Assembly: GCA_964489065.1 (NCBI GenBank)
Contig: CAZAXH010000003.1
Location: 255,104 to 319,103, forward strand
Reading direction: 5' to 3'
Source of the DNA: an uncultured Planctomycetales bacterium
GTDB lineage: Bacteria > Omnitrophota > Gorgyraeia > Zapsychrales > JANLHA01
DNA length: 64,000 bases
Shown: positions 56,467-64,000 of the stretch, in pieces
Layout of the letters: each line of letters begins with the position of its first letter
Numbering within the stretch: the first letter of the stretch is position 1
The notes under the pieces: model-generated
Told to the model about the DNA's origin: nothing
Database searches by the model: none
The model's input: the letters and a program-made list of their open reading frames with translations, nothing else
Translations under genes and position numbers: made by a program

Positions 56467-57120
56467 ATGGCCGTCCGGGACACAGATGAAAATATGCCCG
56501 TGATCTCTCCCTCGAAAGTTTCGAGCTTCTCCACACTGGCCCGCACTTTGTCTCATGATTTTTATGCCTGGCGGTGGTTCTCTTGTCTTTTGGCGCAGCC
56601 GCTGGTCAAGGCCGCTCTGGTTTCAGAAAAAGATATGCGGGCGCAATACCGGGTGCTCGTCCGCATTGAAAAGCAGGAACTTCTGTCTGCGGCGCTTTTC
56701 TTGTTGGCCTTGGCCGGGATGCTGACCCCTTACCGCATGTTTTCCGCCGCCGTCCTGGCCTTGGGATGGTGGCTGTCTTTTTATTTCACGGGCCAAAAGA
56801 AGGCGGTTGTTTTGAAGCTCAGCACATGCTGGCTCCAAAGGGAGTTCCTTCCGGAGGATTTTGAACAAAAGACGTTGTTCCAGATTTCTGAAATCATAAG
56901 CAAGAAATATCAAATCCCATCTCTGGTGGATTCGGTTTATTTCAGCGACTCGGTTTTTAGAATATTGTATCTGGCCTGGTTCCTGTTTCTGCTGGTCCCT
57001 TACCCCATCCCGAATTTTTTTCTATTCGTCGGCTTTTCCGTCCTGGGTGTTGTTTGGATCCGGAATATGTTGAATAGCCGCAGGATTTATCAAAACCACA
57101 AAATTATAGACGTGATTTAA
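56467..57120 (+). CDS. Hypothetical membrane protein
   Basis: 217-aa ORF with 4-5 hydrophobic helices. No motif. Confidence 0.45.
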   Translation: MAVRDTDENMPVISPSKVSSFSTLARTLSHDFYAWRWFSCLLAQPLVKAALVSEKDMRAQYRVLVRIEKQELLSAALFLLALAGMLTPYRMFSAAVLALGWWLSFYFTGQKKAVVLKLSTCWLQREFLPEDFEQKTLFQISEIISKKYQIPSLVDSVYFSDSVFRILYLAWFLFLLVPYPIPNFFLFVGFSVLGVVWIRNMLNSRRIYQNHKIIDVI

Positions 57121-57129
57121 GCCGGGCTG

Positions 57130-59058
57130 TTAAATTCCAAGCAGCAGGGCCGAGATTTTCCATGCCGCCACGAGAACGATGTTTACAAATAACCAGCCGT
57201 TGGGGGATGTCGTCAGGGAGAACACCGTGGATATGAAGGGAAATGAAATTTTTAATTTTTGATAAGACATGTGCCGCGGCTGAAACACGAGCCAGAAAGT
57301 TGTGTAAGACCGCCAATTGATGCTCATCAACCGCTCCTGCTCGAGCATGTTCTGGTACAGACGGGAGCCCGGCAAAGGGGTCAGCAGGGACATGATGGTG
57401 AAAAAAGGGAAAATAGAAAAACAGCATTTCCAATAATCCCACAAGTCTTCAAAATGGTCGGCATCGAAGCCCCATATAAAATTTCCCCGGATTTTAATGC
57501 CCAATTTTTTGATTTTTTTCGTATAGCCGATATACCGGTCCGCCAAAGCGAGCTTGCCTCCAGAATTTCTTTCGGCGGAATGGGCCCGTATTTCATAACC
57601 GATGGTGAGCACGGCGCATCCGCTTTCTTTGGCTAACCGCAGGACATCGTCGTTGGCGGCGATATCAATGCTGCTGCTGGCGCACCACTTTATTTTTAAT
57701 GGCGTTAAGGCCCGGAACAGTTCCGCCGCGTAGCCGGGGTCGGAATAGATATTGTTGTCGATGAAGTTGAAGATTTTATAACGCGGGTGGAGTTTCTGGA
57801 TTAACTCGACAATCTCCCCGACGGGTTTGTGCCGCAGCCGGCCTTCGCACAAGGTGTGAGCCGAACAAAAATCGCAATGGAATTTGCACCCGTGGGTCGT
57901 TTCCAGGTAATCTTTCACTTCTTCATCCGGGGCGGAGAGCAGGGAGTGATGAATTTTTTTGTGTTGCTCTTCTGTGGCCTGCGCGTGATAAACGGGCTTA
58001 AGGGCCCGGGCGTCATAATCTTTGAGGATTTCTTCCCAGCACCCCTCGGCTTCTCCCACGACAACGCTGTCACAGAACTCCAGAGCTTCCTGAGGGAGGC
58101 AGGCGACATGGGGGCCTCCCATAATGACCGAGGCCCCGTGTTTCCGGAAGCTTTTGGCTATTTTATAAGCTTCGATGCTGTTGCAGGTATGACAGGTGAT
58201 GGCCACAAGTACATCAGGGCGGTAGTATCGTTTTCGCCAGAAGACCCGGGAAAAGACTCTTACGCGGTATTCCGGCGGGGTGAGGGCTTTTAAGACCGTA
58301 AAAACAGAAGGGTGGTAGCGGTAACCTAAAAAGGACAGGCTTGTCAGGACGGATCCGCCGCCCATGGGGTTGATGAGGAAAATTTCTTTCTGTGATTTGA
58401 AATGCTCCTGAATCCCTGGCGTGGATTTTAAAAGGATTTTGACAATAAAGATGAATTGCAGCAGGTGCAGGTATGTTGTCAAAAACAGGAATCCCAGGAA
58501 GGCACCCTGGGCTTTCCCGATCAGCATTTGGGAGACCGAGAAAGCGGCGGATTGAAGGACTGTCAGGATCAAAAGCAGCCCGCCTCCGGCCGCGGCCAGT
58601 CTGGTGGGCCAGAGTTTGAATCGGAAGGAGGCGTATTTTCGTCGGATTATTAACATGGCCATGAGAAGTAAGACCGGGATATCGAGCCATAATCCGACCA
58701 ACAGCAGGGGGGCCTTATGCGTTATCGTATATATTAAAAAGAGAACGGTTATTTTTATGGCCTGCAGAACCAAATAAGAGGGCCAGAACATCCGTATGTT
58801 GCGCCCAAAGCGGCCCAGGGTTACGCAGTATTCTTCTCCGGAAGACAATTCCACCAGGGCTCCGTAAATTCCGCTATAAATAAGGAGTTTGAAAAGATAT
58901 ATGGGCGCGGCCAGCAGGATTCCATGGCTTCCAAGGCGGAGGGATTGTGTGTAAATTCCCCAAATATTTTCCTCGCATAAATAGATAAGGATGGCCGAGG
59001 AGAGGTAGGTGTTCAGAATGTGAAAGGAGGATTGAAGGACAGGGCGTGTTTTATTCAT
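57130..59058 (-). CDS. Membrane-anchored cobalamin-binding radical SAM enzyme
   Basis: About 230-aa N-terminal polytopic domain, then a B12-binding-like Rossmann segment (VLVAITCHTCNS...GASVIMGGPHV) and the radical SAM cluster motif CKFHCDFC (Cx3Cx2C). Confidence 0.8.
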   Translation of the reverse strand: MNKTRPVLQSSFHILNTYLSSAILIYLCEENIWGIYTQSLRLGSHGILLAAPIYLFKLLIYSGIYGALVELSSGEEYCVTLGRFGRNIRMFWPSYLVLQAIKITVLFLIYTITHKAPLLLVGLWLDIPVLLLMAMLIIRRKYASFRFKLWPTRLAAAGGGLLLILTVLQSAAFSVSQMLIGKAQGAFLGFLFLTTYLHLLQFIFIVKILLKSTPGIQEHFKSQKEIFLINPMGGGSVLTSLSFLGYRYHPSVFTVLKALTPPEYRVRVFSRVFWRKRYYRPDVLVAITCHTCNSIEAYKIAKSFRKHGASVIMGGPHVACLPQEALEFCDSVVVGEAEGCWEEILKDYDARALKPVYHAQATEEQHKKIHHSLLSAPDEEVKDYLETTHGCKFHCDFCSAHTLCEGRLRHKPVGEIVELIQKLHPRYKIFNFIDNNIYSDPGYAAELFRALTPLKIKWCASSSIDIAANDDVLRLAKESGCAVLTIGYEIRAHSAERNSGGKLALADRYIGYTKKIKKLGIKIRGNFIWGFDADHFEDLWDYWKCCFSIFPFFTIMSLLTPLPGSRLYQNMLEQERLMSINWRSYTTFWLVFQPRHMSYQKLKISFPFISTVFSLTTSPNGWLFVNIVLVAAWKISALLLGI

Positions 59059-59283
59059 GAATCATCAGGGCTGTTCCCCGGGGATGCCGGTTGAATTGAT
59101 AGGGAAAGAATTCCTTTCCATTATCGTATATCAGGGTAAAAAGTAAAGAATTTTGTGCCCTGCCAATGAAACGGCCGGAGAGGTTACGGTATCTTGCTAA
59201 AAAGTTCAAAAGATTTCCCCGGGACGCGGTATAATAGCAGGGCGTAGCCAGGGACAGAAACAGAGCCGGATTGGATTGCGGTG

Positions 59284-59448
59284 TTTTATCCGTCTTGCAG
59301 AAGACCTCGGGCCTGCCCGTGGATGAATGCGAGAGGTTAACAATGCCTTGCCTTCTGCTTCGGGGCTGTCCGCTTGTGTGTTAAGACGCCAGATGATTCC
59401 GCGAAGCGGATTGTTCATGGGCCCCGCGCTCATGGGCGCGGGGTTTCC
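59284..59448 (+). repeat. R1 intergenic repeat, copy g
   Basis: TTTATCCGTCTTGCAGAAGACC...GAGAGGTTAACAATGCCTTGCCTTCTGCTTCGGGGCTGTCCGCTTGTGTGTTAAGACG...GATTCCGCGAAGCGGATTGTTCATGGG...CCCGCGCTCATGGGCGCGGG. Confidence 0.6.
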
Positions 59449-59465
59449 TAAGACAGGGGGATGGT

Positions 59466-59819
59466 ATGGATCATGCCGGGCAGATACTTCGGGATATTTT
59501 TGTAGCCGTTGTGGTGGCCGGGTTTATCTTGTGGCGGTTGGTCAGGCCGTATCTTATCTGTAAGAGTGTTTTGGCAGGGCGGACCGGCCTGATAGGCGCG
59601 AAATATGTCCTGTTCGAGGGCGTGCTGTTTACTGTTGCCGGCGCGTTCTTTTTGATGCGGTCTTTGCGGCCCCTGTCTAACGTGACCGCTGCCGTCGTGT
59701 GCGGGGCTCTTCTCCTGGCCGGCCTTTGGTATATTTTTAACGCGGTCAGGGTGCTGGCCGTCCAGAATAGAGGCCGGCCTTGGGAGAACCCGCGAAAGGG
59801 CGGCCAGCTTACGGAATAA
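59466..59819 (+). CDS. Hypothetical small membrane protein
   Basis: 117 aa, 3 TM helices, AGGGGGA RBS. Immediately after R1-g. Confidence 0.45.
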   Translation: MDHAGQILRDIFVAVVVAGFILWRLVRPYLICKSVLAGRTGLIGAKYVLFEGVLFTVAGAFFLMRSLRPLSNVTAAVVCGALLLAGLWYIFNAVRVLAVQNRGRPWENPRKGGQLTE

Positions 59820-59865
59820 AGCGCCGTTTAAAATGGATGTCAATCAACAAAACGTTAGGGGGGGT

Positions 59866-60366
59866 ATGACGAAAGCGTTACAGATCATCGTGCTGTGGGC
59901 TTCCCTGGCTGTCTGGGGCGGCGGGGCGGCGTTCGCGGATGAGTTGATGGATTCCGCGGAAGCTTTTTTTAAAAGTTATGTGGATGGAGGGAATCAGGCG
60001 AGCGCCTCCATTGTCAATTATTTCGCTGATGACGCCCGGATTGTCGCCGTGAGGCATCTTCCGGAGGGCGGGACGGTCCGGATAGAAACAACCGGCGAGA
60101 AACATAAAAAAATGCTGCGAAAAACACGCCTCCGCGCCCGGGCCAGTAAAGTCTCGATGCAGGCGTTGACGACATTTTCGGATGTCGCCTATAATTTAGA
60201 GAACGGGTGTGTGAGGATCACGGCGGTGCGGCATGTTTCCCCGAGGCAAACGACGACTCCGTATTCTCTTTTGATCTGCAGGAAAGACGGCAAGGATTGG
60301 TCTATTAAAGAAGAGATCATAGAGCTTAAACAATTTCCGGACGCAACTCTTGCCGTTGAGCCCTAG
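59866..60366 (+). CDS. Hypothetical secreted protein
   Basis: AGGGGGGG RBS, then ATG (MTKALQ) and a signal peptide (ASLAVWGGGAAFA). No motif. The ORF-track start at 59833 is less likely. Confidence 0.45.
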   Translation: MTKALQIIVLWASLAVWGGGAAFADELMDSAEAFFKSYVDGGNQASASIVNYFADDARIVAVRHLPEGGTVRIETTGEKHKKMLRKTRLRARASKVSMQALTTFSDVAYNLENGCVRITAVRHVSPRQTTTPYSLLICRKDGKDWSIKEEIIELKQFPDATLAVEP

Positions 60367-60470
60367 CGTAAGGCCGCCGGGAGAATACGGGAGGGTTCCG
60401 TTTGGCTGCGGCCGTGTTTTTCATGGGCGCCGGTGGAAAGTTGTTGAGGCGGTTGTCCGCGAGGTAGAGG

Positions 60471-61043
60471 ATGAAAAAAAGTTTACAGCAGCGTATTGAA
60501 GACGCTGTCCGCGAAGATATCCAGATCGTGGCGTATGATCCGTCCTGGCCCGGGCAGTTCGCGGAAGAAGCGGCGTTCTTGCGGTCCCGGCTGCCGGAGG
60601 GCATGGTCGCCCGCATAGAGCATTTCGGCAGCACGGCGGTTCCGGGGCTGGCGGCGAAACCGGTGATTGACATATTGGCCGAAGTCCGGAGTTTGGATGA
60701 GGCGCGGGCTTGTATCGTTCCCATTTTGGAATCGGAGGGGTACGAGTATTTCTGGCGGCCCGAGTTTGAAGGCCCGCCGTATTACGCGTGGTTCATTAAG
60801 CGCGATGCGTCCGGGACAAGAACGCATCATATTCATATGGTGGAAGCGGACTCCCGCCTCTGGAGCAGGCTGTATTTCCGGGATTATTTGCGGGAATTTC
60901 CCGGGGAAGCACAACGGTATTCCGATCTTAAGCGCGCCTTGGCCGCGCAATATCCCGGCGACCGGGTTGGATACACGCGTGGCAAAAGCGAGTATATCAA
61001 TTCGGTCACCCGGAAGGCCCAGAGTTACTATTCTGATAAGTAA
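60471..61043 (+). CDS. GrpB-family protein (nucleotidyltransferase-like)
   Basis: VAYDPSWPGQFAEE...IEHFGSTAVPGLAAKPVIDI, the GrpB (UPF0157) signature. Confidence 0.75.
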   Translation: MKKSLQQRIEDAVREDIQIVAYDPSWPGQFAEEAAFLRSRLPEGMVARIEHFGSTAVPGLAAKPVIDILAEVRSLDEARACIVPILESEGYEYFWRPEFEGPPYYAWFIKRDASGTRTHHIHMVEADSRLWSRLYFRDYLREFPGEAQRYSDLKRALAAQYPGDRVGYTRGKSEYINSVTRKAQSYYSDK

Positions 61044-61164
61044 AGCCGTGGGGTGGGGCCCTCAAACCCGGGTTGGCGTTGACAATCAGGGAGAAGATAT
61101 TTATATTATGAAGACTGTTTTTTGAACATCACGAACGAGTCTGTTTTGCAAGGGGTGTGCTCGC

Positions 61165-61656
61165 ATGAGGACAAAATTTTCTCAAAGAATTTTTTACTGG
61201 GGGGTTGTTTTATTTCTCGCCGCGGCAGGGCTGCTGGCGGCCCCCGCGGTTTCCGCCCGTGATAAGGAGATATGCTGGGGCGGGGCCGGGTTTAATCCGA
61301 AAATAAAAAATTCCTGCCGGTTTGTGGCGTACATTTACAAAGCGGAGATGCAGGTCAGGATCCGGCTGGATACCTATGAAACATTCGAGGACGTCGCAAC
61401 TTTGCGTCTTATTCCTCCGCAAGGGCGGGAATGTGTCTCCAAACAATGCAAACGAATGTCGCGGCAGATCTACTCGCCCTGGGAATGTTCTTTTCCGGCT
61501 GCTGATTTTATAAAATTATCGGGGTTGGGGACACTCATCGCGGAAAATCAATACGGGCAGAATTTACTTACGGATGAAATAGATTTTGATGAGATCAGGA
61601 CTTTGTTTCGCGTGGAAAGCAAGAAAGAAGGAGACGCGGACCCCCGTTTGCCTTAA
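61165..61656 (+). CDS. Hypothetical secreted Cys-containing protein
   Basis: Signal peptide (LFLAAAGLLAAPAVSA); 6 Cys; no motif. Confidence 0.45.
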   Translation: MRTKFSQRIFYWGVVLFLAAAGLLAAPAVSARDKEICWGGAGFNPKIKNSCRFVAYIYKAEMQVRIRLDTYETFEDVATLRLIPPQGRECVSKQCKRMSRQIYSPWECSFPAADFIKLSGLGTLIAENQYGQNLLTDEIDFDEIRTLFRVESKKEGDADPRLP

Positions 61657-61687
61657 TGTTTTTTCGTTCCGGCCGTTGGTTTAATAC

Positions 61688-61728
61688 TCCAGAGCTTGCA
61701 CTGGGGGTCATGCCTTTGATTTTCGAAT
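61688..61728 (+). repeat. R2 element, 3'-terminal fragment (copy D)
   Basis: CCAGAGCTTGCACTGGGGGTCATGCCTTTGATT matches the last ~35 nt of R2-A and R2-B. Ends 7-19 nt before the next start codon. Confidence 0.4.
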
Positions 61729-61734
61729 ATTAAT

Positions 61735-62337
61735 ATGAATTTTATTATGAATGGAACCAGATTGAGGTTTGTTTTATTTTGCGCGGGGACGCTGTGCTTG
61801 AGCGGGTGCGCGGTTGCGAAAGCGACAGGGAAAACGGTTCAGGTTCTGGGGAAAACCGGTTATCACACGGCCCGTGTGGCGGGGAAGACCGTTGTGACGG
61901 TCGGTAAAGCCACGGGTGGGGCGGCGAAAACGGTTGTGCATATCACGCGCGGAACCCAGGTTGTCCCGCTGGAAAGACGGGGAGGACTGATTGTGGAAGT
62001 CACCGTGAACAAGAGAACCAAGGCAAAATTTCTTGTGGATACCGGAGCGGAACAGATGCAAATTTCTCAATCCTTGGCCAGGCGGCTAAAATTGGATTTG
62101 CGCCACGCCGAAGAAGTGCCTGTCCGCGTGGCCGGGGGAACCGTGGTGGCGGCGCGGACCGTGATGCTTAAAGAGGTGAGGATCGGACGGGCCCGCGTGG
62201 AAAATGTGCGGGCGGTTATTATCAGCCGCGAAGGAGCCATGGATTATGACGGTCTTTTGGGCATGTCTTTCTTGAGTCATTTTAATTTTCAGGTGGATAC
62301 CGCGAACGCCAGGCTTATTCTTAGAAAAAGGCTTTGA
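61735..62337 (+). CDS. Retropepsin-like (clan AA) aspartic protease lipoprotein
   Basis: Lipobox LSGC, a Lys/Thr/Gly-rich linker, then FLVDTGAEQMQIS (DTGA active site) and the GLLGMSFL flap region typical of bacterial retropepsin-like proteases. Confidence 0.7.
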   Translation: MNFIMNGTRLRFVLFCAGTLCLSGCAVAKATGKTVQVLGKTGYHTARVAGKTVVTVGKATGGAAKTVVHITRGTQVVPLERRGGLIVEVTVNKRTKAKFLVDTGAEQMQISQSLARRLKLDLRHAEEVPVRVAGGTVVAARTVMLKEVRIGRARVENVRAVIISREGAMDYDGLLGMSFLSHFNFQVDTANARLILRKRL

Positions 62338-62406
62338 AGGCCCTGCATCTTGGAATTCACGTTTTTGTTTTTCATTCAATCCTGCGTTTTTAGCGCAGGA
62401 TTTTTT

Positions 62407-62580
62407 ATTCAATGAGCATTTAGTTTACACGACCCAAGGGAGTGTAAACTAGAAATGCGAATTGATCCTGAGCGCGAGTGAGCCCAAGCGAACGAGTTGC
62501 AGGATGTTGGTTTCATACCCTGCAGTTTCCTGCGTTTCATTGAGTCCAGAGCTTTCTCTGGGGTTTATACCTTTGATTTT
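62407..62580 (+). repeat. R2 structured element, full copy B
   Basis: About 85% identical to R2-A. The same three hairpins are present, with the middle stem changed in a compensatory way (CCTGAG.../...TTGCAGG versus CCTTCA/TGAAGG). Confidence 0.6.
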
Positions 62581-62785
62581 AGCTTTCCTTATTTATAAAT
62601 GTGTGCCGGGAGGTGTTTCTTACCCGGGCCGGTTATCGTGTAACTTTTTGCAGACAAGTCCGTTTATATTTATGACAGCCCTGGAATCCGGCCTGCGGCG
62701 GCTGAGGAAAAAGCGCTGATGAAATATTCAGCGGAATTTTGATAAAACAGGCCTCTAACGATAGGGAAACGCAAAGGAGGCGGTT

Positions 62786-63835
62786 ATGCGCGGCATATTT
62801 TTGGGAGCGGTGGCAGCAGGGGTGTTGGGGATGAGCGTTTTGTGCGCCGGGCCGGCGCGGGCGGAGCATCCGGATGATATTCAGCGTTTTATACAGTATC
62901 TGGATGTGGGAGAGCCGGTGTATTTTGATAATTTGACAGTTATCCCGGTCTATGCCCAACGGGGGGAAGCCCGCAGGGCGTATACGACGCTGGATGACGC
63001 GTTGGCCAACGGCTGGCTTGTTATTTCAGAAGTTTCAGGAGGGCATGTCCCGCAGGTCGAATTGAATAATTATTCCAAACAGGTTATTTATATCATGGGC
63101 GGGGAGGTTATTTCCGGCGGAAAACAGGACCGTATTTTCGGGCGTGAGGTCCTGCTGTCCCCGGGCGCGCGGCATGTGGTGGTGCCGGTGTATTGCGTTG
63201 AACAAAACCGTTGGCAGTATGAAACCGACACTTTTTACAGCAAACAAAACCTGGGGACATGGAATTTAAGGGCAACCGCCCAAATGGCGCCGGAAGGAGC
63301 CCAGGCGGAGATATGGGGAGATATTTCCGCAGCGCATCGTGATATGGGCGTGCGGTCCCGCACGATGGCGTATCAGGAAGCCTATGAGCAGAAAGGCGTA
63401 AAAGAGAAAGTCCTGGAGCATGAGCGGTATTTCCAGCGCATTCCGAGCCTGCGCAAGGATACGATCGGCGTCGTGGTCGGTGTGGGGGGGCGGGTTGTGA
63501 GCGTGGACCTTTTCAGCAGTCCCTCGGTATTTCAGTCCCTTTGGCCCAAGATTTTGAAATCTTCGGCCCTGGCCGCGGTGAGCGGAGCCGGGGCAGGAGC
63601 TGTCACTCAGGATGACGCGGCCTGGTTTATCCGCCGGTTGTATGATATGCGCTATCAAAGAAAGGCGGCGGTAGACTTGGGCGTGGAATTTTCCGCTTGC
63701 GAAAGCGTGAATGTGAATGCCCTGGTGTATAAGAGCGATGTTGTTCATCTATCGGCTTTTTCCCAGGAAAGGAACTGGATCTCGGCCCCTTTCCCTCTGG
63801 ACTCCGAACGCCGTATCCCGGTTATGCGCCGTTAG
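62786..63835 (+). CDS. Hypothetical secreted protein
   Basis: AAAGGAGG RBS; signal peptide (VLCAGPARA); 349 aa with GGEVISGGKQDR and Gly-rich segments. No confident family. Confidence 0.55.
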   Translation: MRGIFLGAVAAGVLGMSVLCAGPARAEHPDDIQRFIQYLDVGEPVYFDNLTVIPVYAQRGEARRAYTTLDDALANGWLVISEVSGGHVPQVELNNYSKQVIYIMGGEVISGGKQDRIFGREVLLSPGARHVVVPVYCVEQNRWQYETDTFYSKQNLGTWNLRATAQMAPEGAQAEIWGDISAAHRDMGVRSRTMAYQEAYEQKGVKEKVLEHERYFQRIPSLRKDTIGVVVGVGGRVVSVDLFSSPSVFQSLWPKILKSSALAAVSGAGAGAVTQDDAAWFIRRLYDMRYQRKAAVDLGVEFSACESVNVNALVYKSDVVHLSAFSQERNWISAPFPLDSERRIPVMRR

Positions 63836-63904
63836 TGTTTGCTTTTGGAAAATTTTTTGCCGCCTTCAGCCGCAAACCGGGGGCGGCCTTTTTGTGCTTG
63901 GGGG

Positions 63905-64000
63905 GCGAATTGATCCTCCCGCGCGAGTGAGCCAAGCAACGAGCCGAAGGAGGTGGGTTAATCCCCGCGGCGTGCTGCGGTTCATTGAGTCCAGAGCTTG
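63905..64000 (+). repeat. R2 structured element, copy C, truncated by the window end
   Basis: GCGAATTGATCC-TCC-CGCGCGAGTGAGCCAAGCAACGAGCCGAAGGAGG...CCCGCGGCGTGCTGCGGTTCATTGAGTCCAGAGCTTG. The middle stem again covaries (CCTCC/GGAGG). Confidence 0.5.

Noticed and set aside
62586-62785. A hairpin (GCGCTGA-N8-TCAGCG) plus AATTTT between R2-B and gene 62786, considered as an attenuator or terminator
   Set aside because: The stem is short (6 bp) and the U-tract is weak. It may matter for regulation, but the sequence alone cannot support it.

Overview
This is a chromosomal segment of a moderately high-GC bacterium, and about 85% of its genes are on the + strand. I tentatively place it in the PVC superphylum (possibly Omnitrophota-like), but only because the V-ATPase operon order matches what I recall from Chlamydia; this was not confirmed. 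The housekeeping content I can support includes: phospholipid synthesis genes cdsA-plsC; glmS; a split pyrimidine cluster (pyrR-pyrB-pyrC, then pyrK-pyrD-pyrF after a ~7 kb insert) led by a PyrR-type attenuator; rsmI, trmB and mutM; tRNA-Arg(CCG), tRNA-Val(TAC) and tRNA-Asp(GTC); and a complete V/A-type ATPase operon (E, an unidentified gene, A, B, D, I, K). The accessory content includes a LemA-HtpX pair, a GT2 glycosyltransferase with a methyltransferase, two tandem GT-C/TPR glycosyltransferases, and a membrane-anchored B12-binding radical SAM enzyme. The most unusual features: (1) a 2,346-aa secreted protein built from ~60 proline-punctuated amphipathic-helix repeats, with nested ~200-aa super-repeats, followed directly by a putative outer-membrane beta-barrel gene; (2) a ~175-nt element (R2) with three hairpins and compensatory stem changes, present in 3 full and 2 partial copies, always on the + strand and just upstream of genes for secreted or envelope proteins, including the giant gene; (3) a second, unrelated ~140-165 bp intergenic repeat family (R1) in 7 copies, all in the same orientation, with a long-range inverted repeat and a covarying 3' hairpin. 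I found no CRISPR array, transposase, integrase or recognisable defence genes. All calls rest on motif recognition by eye; I could not run homology searches or structure predictions.
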